This document shows positions 1 through 9,505 of a DNA stretch of 64,000 bases, piece by piece. The notes under the pieces were generated by a model. That model saw nothing but the letters and a program-made list of their open reading frames with translations. It searched no databases and was not told the origin of the DNA. Both the position numbers and the translations under genes were made by a program. This DNA is from Acetobacteraceae bacterium (GTDB taxonomy: Bacteria > Pseudomonadota > Alphaproteobacteria > Acetobacterales > Acetobacteraceae): positions 2,687,452 through 2,751,451 of the forward strand of contig OZ255824.1 of assembly GCA_965277495.1 (NCBI GenBank). The letters run 5' to 3'. Numbering within the stretch: the first letter of the stretch is position 1; each line of letters opens with the position of its first letter.

Positions 1-1197
1 TCCGCCACGCAACGTTACTGGCGCGATTGGATCGGCCAATTCGACGACAAGCGGACGCAGTGGCCCGGCGCCGTCCGGCGTTCGCTTATTACGCTCAAGG
101 CGATGATCGACCGCGAGAGCGGTGGCCTGGTCGCGGCGCCCACGACATCCCTGCCGGAAGCGCCCGGCGGCTCGCTGAACTGGGACTACCGTTACTGCTG
201 GCTGCGGGATGCGAGCTTCACGGTCGGCGCCCTGCTGAATGCCGGGTATGAGAAAGAGGCCCAGGCGTGGCGCGACTGGCTGCTGCGCGCGGTTGCGGGC
301 GAGCCCGGGCGGATGCGGATCATGTACCGTACCGACGGGGAGCGGCATTTGTCGGAATGGTGCGTCAGTACACTGCCGGGCTATGGCTACAGCAGCCCGG
401 TCCGCATCGGCAACGCCGCCTCCACCCAGCACCAGATCGACGTGTTCGGAGAGGTGCTGGACTGCCTGAGCCTGGCCCGGAAAGGCGGCTTGCCGGTATC
501 GAACCAGGAGCACGTGGCGCAGATGCGGATCGTCGAACACCTCGCGGACATTTGGGACACGCCAGGCTCCGGCATATGGGAGTCGCGCGCCGAGCCGCGA
601 CGGTACACCTATTCGCAGGCGATGGCCTGGGCCGGGGTGGACCGCGTGCTGCGTTTCCTGCAATCCGACGCGGGCCGGGGCGATGCCGACGAGGCGACGG
701 TCGAACGGCTGACGGCGCTCCGGCAGCGGATACACGACCAGGTCTGCCGCGAAGGCTGGAACGAGGGGCTCGGCAGCTTCACGCAGTATTTCGGCGGCCA
801 GGAGCTCGATGCGAGCTTGCTGCTGCTGCCGCTGGTCGGCTTCCTGCCGGCGACGGACCCGCGCATGGCCGCCACCATCGAGGCGATCCGGCGCGACCTG
901 ACGGAGGGCGGCCTGGTGCGGCGCGACAAGGCCACGCCGTGCACGCCGCCCGAGGGCGCGTTCCTCGCCTGCTCCTGCTGGATGGCCCACTGCCTGGAGC
1001 TGCAGGGACGCCACGACGAGGCGCGCGAGCAGTTCGAGCGCGTGCTCGCGGTGGCCAACGACCTCGGCTTGCTGGCGGAGGAATACAACGTGCCGGGACG
1101 GCGGCTTGCCGGCAACTTTCCCCAGGCGCTGACCCACCTCGCCGTGGTGAATGCCGCGCTCAGCCTGTCCGGACCGGTCCTTCAACGCGGCGTTTGA
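1..1197 (+). CDS. Glycoside hydrolase family 15 (glucoamylase/trehalase-like), 5'-partial
   Basis: Frame 1 is open from base 1 (SATQRYWRDWIGQF...SLITLKAM). GH15 motifs AAPTTSLPE, NWDYRYCWLRD, GIWE, EGAFLACSCW, LLAEE, GNFPQALTH. Confidence 0.9.
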   Translation, partial: SATQRYWRDWIGQFDDKRTQWPGAVRRSLITLKAMIDRESGGLVAAPTTSLPEAPGGSLNWDYRYCWLRDASFTVGALLNAGYEKEAQAWRDWLLRAVAGEPGRMRIMYRTDGERHLSEWCVSTLPGYGYSSPVRIGNAASTQHQIDVFGEVLDCLSLARKGGLPVSNQEHVAQMRIVEHLADIWDTPGSGIWESRAEPRRYTYSQAMAWAGVDRVLRFLQSDAGRGDADEATVERLTALRQRIHDQVCREGWNEGLGSFTQYFGGQELDASLLLLPLVGFLPATDPRMAATIEAIRRDLTEGGLVRRDKATPCTPPEGAFLACSCWMAHCLELQGRHDEAREQFERVLAVANDLGLLAEEYNVPGRRLAGNFPQALTHLAVVNAALSLSGPVLQRGV

Positions 1198-1237
1198 CGT
1201 CCCGGCCAACCGAACGAACCGAAGGGCCTTCGATCCC

Positions 1238-2815
1238 ATGGCATCATCGTCAGACCATTACGACGTCATCATTATCGGCAGCGGCCCCGGCGGCGGGTCG
1301 GCGGCGCATCGGCTCGCAGCGACCGGCAAGCGCGTGCTGATGCTCGAGCGGGGCGGCTATCTTCCACGTTCCCGGGCCAATTGGGACTCGAAGACGGTGT
1401 TCGTCGACGGCGCATACCAGGCCGCCGAGACGTGGTACGGCAAGGACGGGTCGAGCTTCCATCCGGGACTGCATTACTGGGTCGGCGGCAACTCCAAGGT
1501 CTATGGGTCCGCCCTGTTCCGCCTGCGGGAGCGGGACTTCGGCGAGTTGCGGCACAAGGACGGCATCTCCCCCGCCTGGCCGCTCAACTACGACGTGTTC
1601 GAACCGTATTATTGCCAAGCGGAAGCGCTGTTCCACGTGCATGGGCAGCGCGGCGAGGACCCGACCGAACCTTGGTCGAGCAAGCCCTATCCCTATCCCC
1701 CCGTCAGCCACGAACCGCGCATCGCGGAATTGAGCCGCACGCTGGAGGGGGAAGGATTGCACCCGTTCCACCTGCCGCTCGGCATCCTGCTCGACGAGAA
1801 GGACGGGAAGCCCACGCCTACCAGCCCGTGCATCCGCTGCGACGCGTTCGACGGCTTTCCGTGCGCCACCAACGCCAAGGCCGACTCCCAGGTGGTCTGC
1901 GTGGACCCGACGCTGGCCGCGCACCCCAATTTCACCCTGATGACTGGCGCCTACGTTTCGCGGCTGGACACCGATGTGGCGGGACGCAGTATCCGCGACG
2001 TGCACGTGACCCGCGATGGCCAGGAGGAGCGTTACTCCGCCGATATCGTGATCGTCGCGTGCGGCGCGCTGAGTTCGGCGCTGCTGCTGCTGCGCTCCGC
2101 CAACGACGCGCATCCCAAGGGCCTGGCCAACGGGTCCGACCAGGTGGGCCGCAACTACATGCGGCACAACATGTCCGTGCTGATGGCGTTGCTGAAGGAG
2201 CCGAACCATACCGTCTTCCAGAAGACGATGGCGATGAGCGACTATTACTTCGGCGCGCCCGACTGGGATTTTCCGTTGGGGCTGATCCAGATGTGCGCGA
2301 CCTCGCACGGCGAGCAGATCCGCGGCGAGGCGCCGGCGCAGGCGATCATGCCGTTCATGCCGGGCTGGCCGTTCGAGAAGATGGCGCTGCACTCGATCGA
2401 CTTCTGGCTGCAAAGCGAGGACCTGCCGCGTCCGGAGAACCGGATCGCCTATGACGGCGACAAGGTCGTGCTGTCGATCACCGAGGGGAACGAGGAGGCG
2501 GCGTCCCGGCTGAAACACAAGCTCGAGGGCCTGCTGGAGCCGATGGGGGCCTACAAGCATCTCATGGACCGGCGGCTTTACCTCGGCAAGGGCATCCCGA
2601 TCAGCGGCACTTCGCACCAGGCCGGAACCTGCCGTTTCGGCGCCGATCCGGCCAATTCGGTGCTGGATCTCGACTGCAAGGCGCACGAGCTCGACAACCT
2701 GTATATCACCGACGCGAGCTTTTTCCCCTCGATCGGCGCGGTGAACCCGACGTTGACCATCGTCGCCAACGCCCTGCGCGTCGCCGACATCATCGCGCAA
2801 CGCCTAAAGGCATGA
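1238..2815 (+). CDS. GMC family FAD oxidoreductase (glucose/gluconate dehydrogenase flavoprotein-like), no signal peptide
   Basis: ATG at 1238. N-terminal YDVIIIGSGPGG Rossmann motif; C-terminal HQAGTCRFG and GAVNPTLT. Confidence 0.9.
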   Translation: MASSSDHYDVIIIGSGPGGGSAAHRLAATGKRVLMLERGGYLPRSRANWDSKTVFVDGAYQAAETWYGKDGSSFHPGLHYWVGGNSKVYGSALFRLRERDFGELRHKDGISPAWPLNYDVFEPYYCQAEALFHVHGQRGEDPTEPWSSKPYPYPPVSHEPRIAELSRTLEGEGLHPFHLPLGILLDEKDGKPTPTSPCIRCDAFDGFPCATNAKADSQVVCVDPTLAAHPNFTLMTGAYVSRLDTDVAGRSIRDVHVTRDGQEERYSADIVIVACGALSSALLLLRSANDAHPKGLANGSDQVGRNYMRHNMSVLMALLKEPNHTVFQKTMAMSDYYFGAPDWDFPLGLIQMCATSHGEQIRGEAPAQAIMPFMPGWPFEKMALHSIDFWLQSEDLPRPENRIAYDGDKVVLSITEGNEEAASRLKHKLEGLLEPMGAYKHLMDRRLYLGKGIPISGTSHQAGTCRFGADPANSVLDLDCKAHELDNLYITDASFFPSIGAVNPTLTIVANALRVADIIAQRLKA

Positions 2816-2865
2816 CGGCGGCCGCATGGCCCGGCCCGCGGCATCGATAGAGGGAGCATCCTGAA

Positions 2866-3198
2866 ATGTTGACACGCGTCGCGGTGTTCGAGGGCGTCAT
2901 CGAGGACAATGGCGAGGATGCGTTCTTCGCCGACGTCCATGCGCGGCTGGAACCGATCTGGCGCCGTTTCCCGCATGTGACCGGCGTCCGCGTGCTGCGC
3001 ACCCAGCAGGCCGACCCCGGCGCCATCCCGATCGTCATGGTGCTGGAGATGGATTTCCCCGACCTCGACGCCATCCACGCCTCACTTGCCTCGGACATCA
3101 AGACGACGGCGCATGCGGCGACGCTGGAAGTGTTGAAGCCGTTCAACGGGCGCTTTTTCCACTTCATTACCGAAAACCGCTCGATTGGCGCGGGCTGA
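2866..3198 (+). CDS. Small EthD-like/dimeric alpha-beta barrel hypothetical protein
   Basis: SD GAGGGAG upstream. The pattern (RRFPHV.GVRV...LEMDFPDLDAIHASLAS) resembles EthD-like proteins; family is tentative. Confidence 0.55.
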   Translation: MLTRVAVFEGVIEDNGEDAFFADVHARLEPIWRRFPHVTGVRVLRTQQADPGAIPIVMVLEMDFPDLDAIHASLASDIKTTAHAATLEVLKPFNGRFFHFITENRSIGAG

Positions 3199-3272
3199 AG
3201 CCGCATGACGCCGTCCTACCGGAGTTCAGTGCCATAGCCGACCGCCCGCTTTCCATCGACATCCGCCGCCCG

Positions 3273-5393
3273 ATGCTGCTCAAGGCCAACGACCTGGCGC
3301 TGCTCACGGGCCAGGACGGGAACTTTGCCGATAAGTTCCCGGGGTTCGGCCTATTTTTCCGCGACACGTGCTACCTGAGCATCTACCAACTGCGGCTGCA
3401 CGCCACCAAGCTGCAATTGCTGATGTCGTCCGACTCGGAAGGGATGGCGGCGCATATCGAGGCGACCAACAGCACGCTGTCGGCTTCCAACGGCACGATC
3501 ATCCCCGCTCACAAACTCAGCCTGCGGCGGAGCTTGCTGCTGCTGGAGGACGGCCCCTCATTCATCGACACCATCGCCATCCGCAACTTCGCCGACTGCG
3601 CAGTCGCGCTGCCGGTCTCGCTCAAGTTCCGCGCCACCTTCCAAGACATGTTCGTCCTGCGCGGTGCGCCGCCGGGCAAGCGCGGGCAACTGCAGGCGCC
3701 GATGTGGGACGGAACGGCCCTGCGCTTCAGCTACGAGGGCGCCGACGGCGTCCGGCGGACGTTGCTGGTGGATTTTTCCGTGGCCCCGATCGTTGCGCCA
3801 TGCACCACGGAGCGGACCGTCGCCCATTTCGAGCTGCACCTGCAACCGCGGGCCAGTGAGGAGTTGGCCGTCACCTTCCGGGTGGACGAACGTCCGGTCG
3901 CCGACGCGCCCCCGGAATCAGCCGGGCCACCCCGAGGGGCCGCATCCGTGCGCGCAGCAAAGCAGGCCGCGGCCGATCGGCTGCTGGATGGCTACGCCCG
4001 CATCGAGACGCCTAGCAAGAACCTCGGCGATGTCATTGCCCGCTCGCTGTCGGACCTGGCGCTGCTTGGGGTCCAGCGCGGCGAGCACCGATTTACCGCC
4101 GCTGGCATGCCCTGGTTCGTCGGACTGTTCGGACGCGACAGCCTGCTGCCCACGATCCAGTGCCTTGCCTTCAACCCCGATCTCGGCGCCCACACGGCGC
4201 GGGCCCTGGCGTACTGGCAGGGCAAGCGGGAGGACCCGAAGACCCGCGAGCAGCCGGGCAAGATCCTGCATGAGCTGCGGGTCGGCGAGATGGCGCACCT
4301 GCATGAGGTGTCGCAGACCCCGAGCTACGCCGCCGTCGACTCCACGCTGCTGTTCCTGATTTCCATCGCGCGGCATGTCGGCTGGACCGGCGACATGGCG
4401 CTGTTGACGGAACTGCGGCCCAACGTGGATGCGGCGCTTGGCTGGGTGATGCGCAAGCTGGACGAAGGCGGCGGGTATATCGCCTACGATGGGCTGGCCG
4501 ACGGCAAGCAGCCGGTGAACCAGAGCTGGCGGGATTCGGGCACGGGCGTGCTGCGCCAGGATGGCAGCTATCCGGAGCCGCCATTGGCCCTGGTGGAGGT
4601 GCAGGGCTACGCGTTCCAGGCCATGATGATGCTGGCAGCGTTGTTCCGCCGGGCCGGGGACGATGGGCTGGCCGGCAAACTGGAGACGACGGCGTCCGGG
4701 CTGCGCGAACGCTTCCTGCGCGATTTCTGGATGGCGGACGAGGACTGCTATTGCCTCGCGCTGGAAGCGGGGGGCAAGCAGGTCGCCTCCGTCACCTCCA
4801 ATGCGGCGCAGGTGCTGTGGACCGGCATCGCTTCGCCGGAGCACGCGGCCCGCATCGCCGCGCGCATGATGAAGCCGGACATGTTCTCCGGCTGGGGCGT
4901 GCGCACGCTGTCGTCCGATCATGCGGCGTTCGATCCGCTCGCTTATCAGCAGGGCAGCGTGTGGGCGTTCGACAGTTCCCTGATCGTGTCGGGGTTGCGC
5001 CGCTATGGCGAGGATGCGGCGGCGTTGCGGGTCGTGGCCGCCACGCTCGATGCGAGTGGCGGCTTTCGCCAGCGCCGCCTGCCGGAGTTCATCGCCGGCA
5101 TGCAGCGGCAGCCCGGCGACGGACCCACCCGCACGCCGCGCGCCGATCCAATGCAGGCATGGTCGGCCGCCGCCGTGCCGTTCATGCTGACGGAGTTGCT
5201 GGGCCTGTCGGCGGACGGGTTCGCCGGGCGCTTGTCCGTGCGGCGTCCGCTGCTGCCCGACGGGGTGAACGGGCTGGCGCTGCACGGCATCAGGGCCGGC
5301 GGCGGCACGGCGGCGTTGCGCTTCAGCCGCAGCGGCGAGACCGTGGCCACCGAGGTGCTCGAGGCGAACGGGCTTGAGGTCGTCGTGGAATGA
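3273..5393 (+). CDS. Amylo-alpha-1,6-glucosidase / glycogen debranching enzyme family
   Basis: N-terminal GLFFRDTCYLS; AGMPWFVGLFGRDS, EQPGKILHELR, NQSWRDSG, YQQGSVWAFD, RLPEFIAG. The frame is open upstream of 3273, so the start is uncertain. Confidence 0.85.
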   Translation: MLLKANDLALLTGQDGNFADKFPGFGLFFRDTCYLSIYQLRLHATKLQLLMSSDSEGMAAHIEATNSTLSASNGTIIPAHKLSLRRSLLLLEDGPSFIDTIAIRNFADCAVALPVSLKFRATFQDMFVLRGAPPGKRGQLQAPMWDGTALRFSYEGADGVRRTLLVDFSVAPIVAPCTTERTVAHFELHLQPRASEELAVTFRVDERPVADAPPESAGPPRGAASVRAAKQAAADRLLDGYARIETPSKNLGDVIARSLSDLALLGVQRGEHRFTAAGMPWFVGLFGRDSLLPTIQCLAFNPDLGAHTARALAYWQGKREDPKTREQPGKILHELRVGEMAHLHEVSQTPSYAAVDSTLLFLISIARHVGWTGDMALLTELRPNVDAALGWVMRKLDEGGGYIAYDGLADGKQPVNQSWRDSGTGVLRQDGSYPEPPLALVEVQGYAFQAMMMLAALFRRAGDDGLAGKLETTASGLRERFLRDFWMADEDCYCLALEAGGKQVASVTSNAAQVLWTGIASPEHAARIAARMMKPDMFSGWGVRTLSSDHAAFDPLAYQQGSVWAFDSSLIVSGLRRYGEDAAALRVVAATLDASGGFRQRRLPEFIAGMQRQPGDGPTRTPRADPMQAWSAAAVPFMLTELLGLSADGFAGRLSVRRPLLPDGVNGLALHGIRAGGGTAALRFSRSGETVATEVLEANGLEVVVE

Positions 5394-5469
5394 GCAGCGT
5401 GCGATCCAGTTTCGGGTCTTCGGCGGGCGCCGCGGCCTCGGGCAGCAACGTTGCGCGGAGTGGCGAGCC

Positions 5470-5943
5470 GTGACGGTGTCCAACATCGTCATCTTGATCG
5501 TGCGGTATGGCCTGGTGGTGCTGTTCTTCCCGGCCAGCGCGCTCGACAAGATCTTCAACTTCGGCGGCGCGGTGAAGCAGGCAGGCGAGGTGTTCTCGAA
5601 CCGGACGGTGGCGGTCGCGCTCATCCTGGCCGGCGTCTTCATCGAGCTGGTCATGCCGCTCGGCATCCTGACCGGCGTGGCCGATCGGCTCGCCGCCTTC
5701 ATCATGGCGGGCTACTGCGCGGTCACTGCCATCCTGTTCAAGCGGTTTTGGCAACCGGGCGATTTCTGGAAGAAGGGCGACAGCAAGGGAAGGGAGCTGT
5801 TCTGGGACTTCCTCAAGAATTTCTCCCTCGCGTCGGGCTTCCTGTTGATCACCGTCGGGATCGACGGCCACGCCTGGTGGAGCTTCGTCAGCAACCCGTT
5901 CGCATCCTCCCACCCTTATGCGGCGGCGCTGCTGCCCCGCTGA
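5470..5943 (+). CDS. DoxX family membrane protein
   Basis: Hydrophobic helices; SALDKI and FWDFLKNFSLASGFLL are typical of DoxX. GTG start inferred. Confidence 0.75.
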   Translation: MTVSNIVILIVRYGLVVLFFPASALDKIFNFGGAVKQAGEVFSNRTVAVALILAGVFIELVMPLGILTGVADRLAAFIMAGYCAVTAILFKRFWQPGDFWKKGDSKGRELFWDFLKNFSLASGFLLITVGIDGHAWWSFVSNPFASSHPYAAALLPR

Positions 5944-5957
5944 AAAGGAGACGGCCT

Positions 5958-6452
5958 ATGCAGAATCCGATCACCGCCATCGCGGAACGCCTCGGCGACG
6001 GCCCCGACAAGAAAAGCGGCCCCAAGCCCAACGTGCCTTTCTGGCATCTTTGGACGGACGAGGACGGCGTCAGCCACCAGAAGCCCTGTGCGCTGGAGGA
6101 CTTTACCCTGAAGGGCGTCGGCGGCGCGGACCCGCAATGGAACAACAAGCATGAAACCGTGTCCTCCACGGTCGTCGTCACGGTGCAGCCGGTCGGCTGG
6201 GTCGGCACCTGGCACGAGAACCCGGCGCCGCAATGGATCATCGTGCTGTCCGGACGCTGGTGGATCGAGAGCATGGACGGCACCCGCATCGAGCAGGGAC
6301 CGGGCGAGTTCTCGTTCGGCGAGGACCAGGGCTGCACGGAAACCGACGGCAAAAAGGGGCATCGGTCCGGCACGATCGGCGATGCGCCCGCGGTGCTGAT
6401 GACGGTGCAACTGCACGTCGATCCGAAGCATGAGCCTTGTCATATGAGCTGA
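5958..6452 (+). CDS. Cupin domain protein
   Basis: SD AAGGAG then ATG 5958. WHENPAPQWIIVLSG...GEFSFGED...GHRS beta-barrel metal-binding pattern. Confidence 0.75.
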   Translation: MQNPITAIAERLGDGPDKKSGPKPNVPFWHLWTDEDGVSHQKPCALEDFTLKGVGGADPQWNNKHETVSSTVVVTVQPVGWVGTWHENPAPQWIIVLSGRWWIESMDGTRIEQGPGEFSFGEDQGCTETDGKKGHRSGTIGDAPAVLMTVQLHVDPKHEPCHMS

Positions 6453-6466
6453 GCCGGGAGTTGGGC

Positions 6467-7300
6467 ATGACTGCGCAGGCGCTGCATTCGATCGCCGGGT
6501 TCCGCTTGGTGACGGCGGACCTGCCGCGCCTCACGCGGTTTTACGTCGACGTGCTCGGGTTCGCCGCAGACGGGCCGCCGGCGCCCATTGGAGCGGATGA
6601 GATGGCGGTGCTGGAGCTATCCGGCAGTGGGCAGCGGCAGCTTCTCAGGCTCGGTGAGCAGGCCGTTGCGCTCGATGCGTTCGGGACGCCGGGCGCGCCG
6701 TACCCAGCCGAGGGGAACGCGGCCTCGCTATGGTTCCAGCATCTGGCGCTCGTGGTGGACGACATCGCCGCCGCGGCCATGCGGCTGCACGGCGCAAGCG
6801 CGATCACGGACGGCGGGCCGCAGCACTTGCCGGCATCGTCCGGCGGCGTGGGCGCGTTCAAGTTCCGCGACCCGGACGGCCATCCGCTCGAACTGCTGCA
6901 GTTCCCCGCCGAGGGTACGCCGGCAGCCTGGCGCGGCAAACCGGCGCGGGGCCGGCAGATCGGCGTCGGCATCGATCATTCCGCGATCAGCGTCGGCGAT
7001 GTTGACGCCAGCGCTGCGTTCTATGCCGGGCTTGGCCTCGGGGCCGGCCAGCGCAGCCACAACAAGGGGGCGGAGCAACAGCGCCTGGACGATCTGCAGG
7101 ATGTCCATGTCGTCGTCGCGCCGATGCAGCCCGCCCGCAGCCCGCCGCACCTCGAGCTGCTCGGATACCAGGTGCCGCGCGGCGAGGCCGGGCCGCCGTT
7201 GCGGGCCAACGATGTCGCCGCGACGCGGGTGGTGTGGCGGAGCGGCCCGCCCGCCCTGCTGCGCGATCCCGACGGTCATTTGCACCAAGTCGAAACCTGA
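6467..7300 (+). CDS. VOC (glyoxalase/bleomycin-resistance/extradiol dioxygenase-like) protein, two domains
   Basis: FQHLALVVDD, FRDPDGHPLELL, IDHSAISV, HLELL, RDPDGH motifs. Confidence 0.8.
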   Translation: MTAQALHSIAGFRLVTADLPRLTRFYVDVLGFAADGPPAPIGADEMAVLELSGSGQRQLLRLGEQAVALDAFGTPGAPYPAEGNAASLWFQHLALVVDDIAAAAMRLHGASAITDGGPQHLPASSGGVGAFKFRDPDGHPLELLQFPAEGTPAAWRGKPARGRQIGVGIDHSAISVGDVDASAAFYAGLGLGAGQRSHNKGAEQQRLDDLQDVHVVVAPMQPARSPPHLELLGYQVPRGEAGPPLRANDVAATRVVWRSGPPALLRDPDGHLHQVET

Positions 7301-7316
7301 CGAGGAGATCGAACCG

Positions 7317-8291
7317 ATGGACATGGATGCGTCCCTGCTGCCGGGCCGGCTGTTGCGCCGGGCTGGCCCGCCCAAACCCGTCAAGCCGTTCCAGGGCGTG
7401 CAGATCGACGACGGGCGGCTGGCCGAGGCCCTCTCGCCGGACGCTGATTTGCTGTGCCTGTATGAAGGCACCCTGCATGGCGAGGGGCCGGTGTGGGAGC
7501 CCGCGCGCGGCCGCCTGCTGTGGTCCGATGTCCCGAACCGCCGGCTATTGGCCTGGCATCCCGACGGCCATGTCGATGCCGCGATCGACGGCACATACTT
7601 CATGAACGGCAACGCCCTGGAAGCCGATGGCGCGCTGGTGCATTGCGAGCACGGACGCCGCTGCATCAGCCGTTCGGAAGGCGACGGCGACCCTGCCCCG
7701 ATCATCACGCATTACCGGGGCAAGCGGCTGAACTCGCCCAACGATGTCGCCGTGGCCGCGGACGGCACGATCTGGTTCACCGACCCGACCTTCGGCATCC
7801 TGATGCCCAACCAGGGCAGCCTGGCCGAGCCGGAGCTGGACCACCGCAGCGTCTACCGGTTCGATCCGGCGACCGGTGAACTGGGCCGGATGGCCGATTT
7901 CGAGCAGCCCAACGGGCTGGCCTTCGCGCCGGACGGGCATACGCTCTATGTGTCCGACACCTCATTGTCGCTGGACGAGATTCCGGGTGACCAGACCGGG
8001 ACCGCGCACCGGATCGAGGCGTTCGATATTGGCGCAGACGGCAGCCTTTCCGGCCGGCGCCTGTTCTACCAGACCGACCATGGCTACCCCGACGGCTTCG
8101 CGGTGGACCGGCGCGGCTGGGTCTGGACCACAGCCGCCGACGGCATTCACGTCGTTGCGCCTGACCGCACCCGGCTCGGCTTCATCCCCACGCCGGCGAT
8201 TGCGTCCAATTGCGCGTTCGGCGGACCGGATGGCCGGCGGCTGTTCATCGCGGCGACCAAGTTCCTGCTGGCGATTGACCTTAACGGGTGA
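7317..8291 (+). CDS. SMP-30/gluconolactonase/LRE family protein
   Basis: HGEGPVW, LLWSDVP, LNSPNDV, PNGLAFAPD, PDGFAVD, SNCAFGG. SD GAGGAG. Confidence 0.9.
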   Translation: MDMDASLLPGRLLRRAGPPKPVKPFQGVQIDDGRLAEALSPDADLLCLYEGTLHGEGPVWEPARGRLLWSDVPNRRLLAWHPDGHVDAAIDGTYFMNGNALEADGALVHCEHGRRCISRSEGDGDPAPIITHYRGKRLNSPNDVAVAADGTIWFTDPTFGILMPNQGSLAEPELDHRSVYRFDPATGELGRMADFEQPNGLAFAPDGHTLYVSDTSLSLDEIPGDQTGTAHRIEAFDIGADGSLSGRRLFYQTDHGYPDGFAVDRRGWVWTTAADGIHVVAPDRTRLGFIPTPAIASNCAFGGPDGRRLFIAATKFLLAIDLNG

Positions 8292-8314
8292 TGCCCTGCA
8301 TCAGCCGGCAGTAG

Positions 8315-9463
8315 TCAGCCGGCCAGGCACTCCGCCGCCCAGTCCGCCATGAAGTCGCGGGCGTTGTCTTGGCGGTCGGCGTTGACGTGCTCCACGCCGC
8401 CATCCGCGGCCTGGTAGATCTTCAGCTCGCGGCGGACGCTGTTGACCAGCTCGTCATAGGTCTTGTGCGCGTATTCGAGCGGAATCTGCCGGTCATTGGC
8501 GCCGTGCGTGACCAAGGCCGGCATGCGTATCCGGTCGAGCACGCCTTCGAGGCTGACCTGCGGGGCGAGCGCCATGAATTCGTCCATCGAGGCCGCGCCC
8601 CAGACCCATTGCACGTGTTCCCAATAGTGCGGGACGGGGTTGCTGCCCTCGCGCGCCAGCCGCCGCTTCTGCAGCTCGCCCCAGTTGTAGTTGGCGCCCC
8701 AGGCGATGCAGCATTGCAGCCTCGGCTCGAAGGCGGCGGCACGTGGCGCGTAATAGCCCCCCAGCGACCAGCCGATGATGCCGATGCGGTCCGGGCGCAC
8801 GTCTGCCCGGCCTTGCAGGTAGTCGACCAGGACACTGGCCCAGCGCTCCGCCTGCGGGACCGCGGTCAGGCCGTGCAGGCGCAGGGCCTCGCCGACGCCG
8901 GGCTGGTCGACCATGAGCGTCGACACGCCGCGCCGGGCCAGCGCCTGGGCGAAGCCGGAGCCGTAGATCATCTCCTTCGTGCTATCGAGCCCATTGACGA
9001 AGATCATGCAGGGCGCCGGCTTGCCGCCGGTGCGGGCGGGGTAGAAATAGCAGGCGATCGCCTTGCCTTCGTACGGGACCTCGACCCGCTCCGACGGCTC
9101 CTGCGAAAGCGCCATATGCTTGGCGAAGCAGTCCAGCATCGTGCGATATGCGGCGTCGCGACCGGCCCCGCCGTGCCGCTGCAGCCGTTCGGCAGTGATA
9201 AGGTAGGTTGCGGCCCGATAGTACTTCGTCCCGGCGCTGAGCGTGCGGCCCTTCGCCTCGTCCTCCTTGGCCAAGCCAACTAAACGGTCGGCCAGGCCGG
9301 ACCAGGCCGCCAGGAACGCCTCCGTCCCCGCATCGGCGCCCTCGGCGGCGATCGGCAGCAGCGGGCGGCTTACCTCGTCCACCTCGCCCATGTTGGCGCC
9401 GGAGTTCAGCGCGATGTTGAGCGCCAGGTTCCAGACGTAGTTCTGCGGGAAGTATTCAAACAT
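8315..9463 (-). CDS. Alpha/beta hydrolase, 2,6-dihydroxy-pseudooxynicotine hydrolase/FrsA-like
   Basis: NGLDSTKE, DQPGVGEALR, nucleophile elbow GWSLGG, late Asp (ANDRQI) and His (EHVN). SD GGAGG. Confidence 0.85.
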   Translation of the reverse strand: MFEYFPQNYVWNLALNIALNSGANMGEVDEVSRPLLPIAAEGADAGTEAFLAAWSGLADRLVGLAKEDEAKGRTLSAGTKYYRAATYLITAERLQRHGGAGRDAAYRTMLDCFAKHMALSQEPSERVEVPYEGKAIACYFYPARTGGKPAPCMIFVNGLDSTKEMIYGSGFAQALARRGVSTLMVDQPGVGEALRLHGLTAVPQAERWASVLVDYLQGRADVRPDRIGIIGWSLGGYYAPRAAAFEPRLQCCIAWGANYNWGELQKRRLAREGSNPVPHYWEHVQWVWGAASMDEFMALAPQVSLEGVLDRIRMPALVTHGANDRQIPLEYAHKTYDELVNSVRRELKIYQAADGGVEHVNADRQDNARDFMADWAAECLAG

Positions 9464-9505
9464 CGGATGCCTCCGTATCCAGGTTGCCGTTCAACAAGCC
9501 GCTGA

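Noticed and set aside
6588-7316. Long N-terminal extensions in the ORF track (also 5451, 10480-12117, 17787 and 31571-33610)
   Set aside because: The extensions overlap upstream genes in another frame; internal starts with an SD or stop/start coupling fit better.
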